Below, in pieces: positions 58,206 through 64,000 of a stretch of 64,000 nt of DNA. Below the pieces are notes generated by a model that had not been told where the DNA came from, made no database searches, and saw only the letters and a program-made list of their open reading frames with translations. Made by a program: the position numbers and the translations under genes. This DNA is from Candidatus Binatia bacterium. GTDB taxonomy: Bacteria > Desulfobacterota > Binatia > UBA9968 > JAJDTQ01. Where the stretch lies: positions 3,648,001 through 3,712,000 of the forward strand of contig OY762897.2 in assembly GCA_963666515.2 (NCBI GenBank), written 5' to 3'. The number at the start of each line of letters is the position of its first letter. Positions within the stretch are counted from its first letter, which is position 1.

Positions 58206-59410
58206 TACACAATGGACAGAAATTTCTACAAGGCAGTCATGAGTCCGTTTTTGGCAGCCTATAATCGAGAAGCATTCGAGACTGCAGCCCAAGACTACAA
58301 CAAGCTGTATCGGAGCGAAGCCTTCGGCAAACGGACGCCGGTGGAAGAAGTATATTCTATGGAGTTGATTGAAGCGTTTCAGACTGAATACAGTTTGCCG
58401 GTAACCGCGGCCGTGGAGGGGTGTTCAGAACTCCTTGATTTAGCGGTTGAGCGCAACAGCATCGTCGTAGAGACAACGCTGGGTACTATCAAAGATCGGC
58501 TAACTTCGGCCCGCGGTCTATCCCATGAGGCAGTGGAGGCCTTTGTTCGTACCTTCAGCTTGACCCATCGTAGGTCTTGGGAAGAGCCGCCGCCAGGCTT
58601 CGAGCCGAAGGACATCTATCCATGGCGGTTTAGTCGGCGACTCTCGTATGTAACCCGGCCTTTACTTGTGTTCGGGAAACAAAACACGGATAAGGTGCTG
58701 TTCGCTGTCGGAGCACTGCGCGTCGGAATCGCCTACTTACTGGACAAGATTGAACAAGGCCATTTTTCGCAGGACTTCTTCAAATCAAAACACATGCGAC
58801 GATATATCGGGAAGGTCAACAACCAGAAGGGTCATGCCTTTGCGCAAGCAGTTTCGGCAGAAATGAGAAAGACCGGATGGTCTACGCGGGTTGAGGTGCA
58901 GATGACGGAACTAGGTGGTCCAGCTCAACTTGGCGATCTGGACGTCCTGGCCTGGAAGGCAAACGGAGAGATTCAGGTCATCGAATGCAAGCGCTTACAG
59001 TTTGCTCGAACGATTGGAGAAGCCGCCAGTGTCTGTAAACGCTTCCGTGGCGAGGCCAAGGATGAGTTGGCCAAGCACGTACGGCGCACCGACTGGATCA
59101 GGGGTAACCCCGCGAGCCTTCGCCATGTAGTCGGTTTCATACCAGATGCTGGCGGCATTGATCACCGCCTCGTAACCAACGTACCTGTTCCCATGACCTA
59201 CTTGACGTCACTACCTATCCAGGCGGACAAAATTGGTCCATTGAAATCCGACCTGTAGAAGTCTGGTCGCTCAGCCATGTGCGATGAAACATAATTTGGT
59301 GCTGCGGTAAACCGCCAACGCAAATGGACTTGGGCAAACCCCAAGCCGATCGTTCCGCGGCAACAGATCGGGGTCCGATTCTCCCCCTTAATTGGGGATT
59401 CAGGCCTGAA

Positions 59411-59821
59411 CTAAACCGGCAGGGTACTTACCTGGACGCGATGAGCCGCGCGGATGAGATCCTTGTCCAGCGTCGCCAAGGGCAACCGCCGGCGCACGGC
59501 GAGCTCGAGATAGGCCGCGTCGTAGGTGGTCAGGCCTTCATTTCGGGCAAGCGTCAGTATTTCCCGGAACGCCCGGCTTTCGGTTTCCGTGTCGGTAACG
59601 ATGGGAGAACGGTCCAGCAGGTCAAGGTAGTCTGCGATCTGTGCAGCGGTTATGCGGTTGAGTCGTTCCGCCCTTGCCAGTACATTGCCAAGCTCCAAAC
59701 GCCAGAGCGCGGGAACCAGCGCTCCCGAGTCTTTCAGGCGGTCCAGCAATTCGTCTGTCTGCGGCGTGAACTCGTCCTCGAAGAGCCAGGCGACGGTAAT
59801 GGAACAGTCCAGCACGAACAT
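59411..59821 (-). CDS. VapC PIN-domain toxin
   Basis: VLDCS, E in WRLEL, LTTYDAAYLELA, LATLD. Confidence 0.93.
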   Translation of the reverse strand: MFVLDCSITVAWLFEDEFTPQTDELLDRLKDSGALVPALWRLELGNVLARAERLNRITAAQIADYLDLLDRSPIVTDTETESRAFREILTLARNEGLTTYDAAYLELAVRRRLPLATLDKDLIRAAHRVQVSTLPV

Positions 59822-59824
59822 CGG

Positions 59825-60064
59825 TTACCGCCGCCCTTCATCGCGCAGCTTCTTCCAGTCCAGGCCTCCGAGCTTCAGACCGGACCGGAGGCTGCGAATG
59901 CCTTCGATCACGCGTTCCGTCGCTATCCGTTGCGCTTCCCCGGCGGCTACGAGGCGAGCTACGGGCACACCGCGCCGGGTGATGAGCACTTCCTCTCCCT
60001 GGGTGACCTTGTCGAGCAGCGACGACAAACGCGTCTTCGCCTCGAACGCGCCGACTTCGATCAT
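59825..60064 (-). CDS. Phd/YefM family antitoxin
   Basis: MIEVGAFEAKTRLSSLLDKV..GEEVLITRRGVPVARLV, with SD upstream of ATG 60064. Confidence 0.93.
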   Translation of the reverse strand: MIEVGAFEAKTRLSSLLDKVTQGEEVLITRRGVPVARLVAAGEAQRIATERVIEGIRSLRSGLKLGGLDWKKLRDEGRR

Positions 60065-60077
60065 GCGTCCTACTCCA

Positions 60078-60091
60078 ATCAACTAGTTGAT
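60078..60091. promoter_or_regulatory. Probable VapBC operator
   Basis: Perfect palindrome ATCAACTAGTTGAT just downstream of a TATACT -10 box (60098-60103, minus strand). Confidence 0.7.
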
Positions 60092-60225
60092 CAGACCAGT
60101 ATAGTCCACGACGGCGATTACGCAACCTCGTGGTTGCGTCTCAAGCCATCCGCCCCCGCGCCCGAAGGAAACACCGAAAGGACCCTTCAGGTAGTTGATC
60201 AACCACTGCTTTCCATGAACTCCGT

Positions 60226-60858
60226 TCAGCAGAAATTCTGTGTGAAATATACCTCGCCGTCCTTCGCAACGGCGACGCCGATGCCTGTCCTGTCGTAAGA
60301 TGCGTTCTGGATATTTTTGCGGTGTTCCTTGCGTTCCATCCAGACCTTCACTGCTTCCTGAGCCAGTCCTTCCGGAGTAAACCAGTCACGCGACACGATC
60401 CTGCCGTTGACCGCTCTATACCTGCCGAACAGCGGCACTGCGGCAAGGTTTTCGCCGAGGCCGTAGGTGTAGTAGGAGCCGTAATCCTTGCGGCAGTCAT
60501 ATCCTCCCTTCTGCGCTCTGTCCGTGGCGTTGCGGCCTTCGGGACTGTTGTGACCGAAGTAGTTCCGGGCCGCCATGTCTTCGCTGTGTGAGCGGGCAAT
60601 CAGCCTGATCTCGTCAATGTGTTCCAATGGTTGCAAACCACGCTTGACGCGTTCGGCATTGACCAATTCGTGTGTCCTTTTTTCCAGTCGGCGCGTGTCT
60701 ATGGAAGGTCTTGCAGTGGTGGTCAGCGGCGGGGTTGCAACTGCGAAGGGTGAACCGGATCGAGGGGATTGGGCCGTCTCCGGCGCGCTCCCACAGCCGA
60801 CGACAAGAACCGTTGCGAGCACCCGGAGAGGCCCATTCAGGTAAACCTGCCTTCTCAT
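60226..60858 (-). CDS. CAP (SCP) domain lipoprotein-like protein
   Basis: Lipobox-like VVGC, VNAER, ARSHSEDM, GENL, WMERKEHRKNI, YFTQNFC. Confidence 0.9.
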   Translation of the reverse strand: MRRQVYLNGPLRVLATVLVVGCGSAPETAQSPRSGSPFAVATPPLTTTARPSIDTRRLEKRTHELVNAERVKRGLQPLEHIDEIRLIARSHSEDMAARNYFGHNSPEGRNATDRAQKGGYDCRKDYGSYYTYGLGENLAAVPLFGRYRAVNGRIVSRDWFTPEGLAQEAVKVWMERKEHRKNIQNASYDRTGIGVAVAKDGEVYFTQNFC

Positions 60859-61946
60859 AGCCCCCGCAACGCCGAAAGGACCATCTCGACCAGAATCCGC
60901 GGCGGCCGGGTCAGGGGGTCGGTGACCGGGATGCCGAGTTTGTCCTGGTAGCGCGCGATGGCGGCGCTGACGTCGGCGTCAGACATGTTCTCGTGGTTGA
61001 TCGTGAGGCCGATGACCTTCGTGTCGGAGAAGGTCTGGATGAGATGGATCTCGTCTGCCGGCTCCGGCATCGCCATGTGCTCGAAGTCGGCACGATGGGG
61101 TCGTGCGGGGGCGTGCTGCAGCACGACGCCGTCGGGGCAGCAGCCGCGGAGGATCAAGGCCGAGGTCGGGTAGGCGGGGTGGCTGAGCGCGCCTTGCCCT
61201 TCGACGATGATCACGTCGGGTTTCTCGGCTTCGAACGCTTCGATGATGGCCGCTTCAAGCTCACCGGCGCAGAACTGTGAAGGAACGGCGTCGAGGGCGA
61301 CCCCGTAGCGGGCTCCCTGGATCAGGCCGGTCTGGCCCGTGCCGATCATGACCGCCTTGATGCCGCGGTCATTGAGCGCCCGGGTGAGGACGGTTGCGGT
61401 GGTCCGCTTGCCGACGGAGCAATCGGTGCCGAGGACGGCGACGCGCAGGCAGGTGACCTCCGCGATACGGCCGCTGAAGGTTCGCAGGCTCTCCTTGGCC
61501 GGGGGCTTTCGGACGTCGATGATCTTTACGTCCCGTGCGACGCTTGCGGCCAAGAACTCCGGGTCTTCGCTCAAGAACTCGTGAAGCCCGTTCACGATGT
61601 TCATTCCCAGGTCGATGGCCTCCAGCAGAATCCTCCGGTCGCGGGACGACAACATGCCGCTCGCGGGAGCCATGCCGAAAATGAAGTAGTCGGGCGTGGC
61701 GCCGGCGCGCGCCAGCGCATCCGCCAGGTCGCGGCAGACGGGAATTCCGTTCGGCGGCTCACCGAGCACCGCGCCGGCGTCGAGCCCGGCCTTCTCGCTG
61801 TCGATGACCGAAAGGATTTCGTATCGCTCGGAGTGACGGACGAGGCCGTTTGCGGTCTTCCCGTCAATGGCGCCGAAGTTCGCCTCGCAGTACACGATGG
61901 CCGTCGCGATTCCTGCCGGGGATTTTGCGATCCTATGAACGGCCAA
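60855..61946 (-). CDS. DUF1611 P-loop protein (DgcN-like)
   Basis: GKTANGLVR, NGLHEFL, GTDCSVGKRTT, TGQTG, VEGQGALSHP. Confidence 0.9.
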   Translation of the reverse strand: MAVHRIAKSPAGIATAIVYCEANFGAIDGKTANGLVRHSERYEILSVIDSEKAGLDAGAVLGEPPNGIPVCRDLADALARAGATPDYFIFGMAPASGMLSSRDRRILLEAIDLGMNIVNGLHEFLSEDPEFLAASVARDVKIIDVRKPPAKESLRTFSGRIAEVTCLRVAVLGTDCSVGKRTTATVLTRALNDRGIKAVMIGTGQTGLIQGARYGVALDAVPSQFCAGELEAAIIEAFEAEKPDVIIVEGQGALSHPAYPTSALILRGCCPDGVVLQHAPARPHRADFEHMAMPEPADEIHLIQTFSDTKVIGLTINHENMSDADVSAAIARYQDKLGIPVTDPLTRPPRILVEMVLSALRGL

Positions 61947-61987
61947 TGGGATAATGTTCCCTTTCCGTTTGATTTCAATACTCAGCG

Positions 61988-62296
61988 CTATCCCTGTTTC
62001 GACGGGGCAGGTTCAAACTCGACCCGTACGCGGTAGCCCAGCACTCGTGCATATTCTTCCACGGTGACAAGCCGCGGGGAAACCTCACTGTTCACGCTTT
62101 CGAGCCTCGATATATTGCTCTTTTTGGTCCCTAGAAGTTCGGCCATTTGCTTTTGGGTTTTGCCTGCGGCCGTACGTATGGCGATCATGTTCCGCTTCAT
62201 GGCAAAAGCTGGGGCGGCTTCATCGTAGGCGGCCTTTACGGCAGTGTTTTTCAGTGCCTTGCGCTTAAAATCCCTGAATGTGGGTCGGTCAGCCAT
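61988..62296 (-). CDS. XRE-family HTH antitoxin (HigA-like)
   Basis: RTAAGKTQKQMAELLGTKKSNISRLES. Confidence 0.9.
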   Translation of the reverse strand: MADRPTFRDFKRKALKNTAVKAAYDEAAPAFAMKRNMIAIRTAAGKTQKQMAELLGTKKSNISRLESVNSEVSPRLVTVEEYARVLGYRVRVEFEPAPSKQG

Positions 62297-62618
62297 TTTC
62301 CGTTACCTCCTCCATACGCTTGCGCGCCAAGGCCAAGTGCTTTTTCGGAATCTTCTGCGTTTTCTTGATGAATGTGTGCAGGATCACAAGTTCCTGCCCC
62401 TTGTGTGTACAAAACAGCGACCGGCTGATCCCTTCGGGGCCTTTGGCCCTGATTTCAAACAAGCCTTCACCTAACGGCGCGGTGTGAGGGCGGCCGATTG
62501 AAGGGCCGAACTCTTCCACCAGTTCGATGATGTGCAGCAGATTTGCCAATATTCCAGCGGGCAGCTCCAATGTCTGGTTCTCGACCTTCTCACTATAAAA
62601 TGTAACCCTCCACGCCAT
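62289..62618 (-). CDS. RelE/ParE (Gp49/HigB-like) toxin
   Basis: GRPHTAPLGEGLFEIRAKG, ILHTFIKKTQKIP; toxin-first gene order. Confidence 0.92.
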   Translation of the reverse strand: MAWRVTFYSEKVENQTLELPAGILANLLHIIELVEEFGPSIGRPHTAPLGEGLFEIRAKGPEGISRSLFCTHKGQELVILHTFIKKTQKIPKKHLALARKRMEEVTENG

Positions 62619-62625
62619 TCAACGA

Positions 62626-62654
62626 AGTTATCAGAAACGATAACCGCTTGGCAA
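62626..62654 (-). promoter_or_regulatory. TA promoter with operator
   Basis: -35 TTGCCA; inverted repeat GTTATC-N6-GATAAC (62627-62644) covering the -10; ATG about 8 nt downstream, so possibly leaderless. Confidence 0.65.
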
Positions 62655-62691
62655 GCTTCTACCCGCTGAGCTGCTCGGTCGCAGGGACACG

Positions 62692-64000
62692 CTATGCCGC
62701 GGCCACCATCCGCCCCCGCGCCCGCATCCACTCCCACCCCGTCAGGGCCAGGCCCACCACCAGGCCGACGACGTTCCACTGGAGCCACGGGGTGACCATG
62801 CCCAAGCTGGCGGCAAGGAAGAGAAGGCGGGTGATGGGGTCGAGGTTCCTGAAGCAGTAGCCCTGCACGGCCATGCCCATGGCGATCATGCTCAACACCG
62901 CGAAGACGATGGTCACGGTGACCTCCACGGCGCCTCCGATGGTGATGAGCGCGGAGTTGGCCACGAACGCGTAGGGGAGCACGAAGGCGGGCAAGGCCAG
63001 CTTCACGGCTTCGATGGACGTGGGCACCACCGGCGACTGGGCGATGGCCGCGGCGGCGTAGCTCGTGGGCGCGGTGGGCGGGGTGATGGCCGAGATGGCG
63101 CAGAAGAAGATCACGAACAGGTGTGCCTGTGGCACGATGGCGTCGGCGTCGAGGCCCATGTTCCTGAGCATGACCACCAGGGCCGGGATGGCGATGCCCA
63201 CCTGCACGATGTAGGCGGACGACAGCGGCAGGCCCATGCCGAGGATGATGGCGGTGATCATCACGAAGACCAGGGCCAGCAGCAGGTGCCCGCCGGCCAG
63301 GTCCACGATGACGCCGGAAAACTTGATGGCGACGCCGGTGAGGTCGAAAATGCCCACCATGATGCCGGAGGTGATGATGGCCACGGCCACCACGGTGGAC
63401 TGGATGCCGCCCTGCACCAGAGCGTCCCAGATGTCCTTCAAGCCCATGCGCGTGGCCTTGCGGAACCAGCTCACGATCACGATGCCGACGATGCAGCGCA
63501 CCACCGCGTAGCCCGGGCTGAACCCGGCCACCAGGAGATAGATCAGGATAATGAGCGGCAGCGCCAGGTGGCCCCGTTGTATGATGGCATTCTTGAGGCT
63601 CGGCAGCTCCTCCCGCGGCACCGTGGGGATCTTCTCCTTGACCGCGTAGATGTGCACCATGATCCCCACGGCGAGGAAGTACAGCACCGCGGGGACCAGG
63701 ATGTACTGCATCACGTTGACGTAGGGAATGCCGGTGTACTCCGACATGAGGAACCCGGCCGACGCCATCACCGGCGGCATGATCAGACCGCCGGTGGACG
63801 CCGACGCTTCCACCGCGCCGGCCATGTAGTCCCGGAAACCGATCTTCTTCATCATCGGGATGCTGAAGGAGCCGGTGATGACCGCGTTGGCCGTGCTGCT
63901 GCCCGAGATGGAGCCCATGAGGCCGCTGGACACCACCGCGATCTTGGCCGGGCCGCCCCGGAACCGCCCGGCCAGGGCGGTGGCGAACTCGATGGTGAAC
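62692..64000 (-). CDS. TRAP transporter fused (4TM/12TM) permease, 5' end outside window
   Basis: GGPAKIAVVSS, SGSSTAN, EASASTGG..MPPVM, LGMGLP, ITPP. Confidence 0.94.
   Translation of the reverse strand, partial: FTIEFATALAGRFRGGPAKIAVVSSGLMGSISGSSTANAVITGSFSIPMMKKIGFRDYMAGAVEASASTGGLIMPPVMASAGFLMSEYTGIPYVNVMQYILVPAVLYFLAVGIMVHIYAVKEKIPTVPREELPSLKNAIIQRGHLALPLIILIYLLVAGFSPGYAVVRCIVGIVIVSWFRKATRMGLKDIWDALVQGGIQSTVVAVAIITSGIMVGIFDLTGVAIKFSGVIVDLAGGHLLLALVFVMITAIILGMGLPLSSAYIVQVGIAIPALVVMLRNMGLDADAIVPQAHLFVIFFCAISAITPPTAPTSYAAAAIAQSPVVPTSIEAVKLALPAFVLPYAFVANSALITIGGAVEVTVTIVFAVLSMIAMGMAVQGYCFRNLDPITRLLFLAASLGMVTPWLQWNVVGLVVGLALTGWEWMRARGRMVAAA

Larger units (their letters stand above)
53900..59258 (+). 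pseudogene. About 1229-aa protein with C-terminal PD-(D/E)xK nuclease motif, interrupted by IS1380
   Basis: 53900-56540 joins 58210-59258 in frame (..HSNGQYT|MDRNFY..) once the IS and one TSD copy are removed. C-terminus GDLDVLAW..IECKR. Lower GC than the flanks. Alternative start 53807. Confidence 0.85.

Overview
High-GC bacterial chromosome segment. Gene order (parAB followed by atpF'FHAGDC, gyrBA-gpsA) resembles deltaproteobacteria-like lineages; this is an inference. Bases 1-31 kb are an origin-type housekeeping block, almost all on the minus strand: mnmE-mnmG-rsmG-parA-parB with two perfect parS sites, atpF'FHAGDC, a HEPN/MNT pair, aroCKBQ, an MFS transporter, gyrB-gyrA-gpsA, rpmH-rnpA-yidD-yidC-jag and a TetR/RND efflux operon. 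dnaA, dnaN and recF are not in the window. Bases 31-44 kb hold DAHP synthase, a 729-aa orphan, a Gfo oxidoreductase, YyaL, a LexA-like C-terminal domain with no DNA-binding domain, mltG, thiD, a frameshifted DUF429 gene, plsY, a bicupin and an outer-membrane barrel. Bases 44-64 kb are accessory. Catabolic genes (M24 peptidase, hydantoinase remnant, ThrC-like enzyme, two LLM oxidoreductases, DUF1611, TRAP permease) alternate with defence-type genes: Fic, a type II R-M pair, VapBC, a RelE/HigA-type TA pair, and a ~1230-aa orphan protein with a C-terminal PD-(D/E)xK motif. That last gene is cleanly split by a 1665-bp IS1380 element and is the best candidate for an undescribed system. No rRNA, tRNA or CRISPR array was seen.
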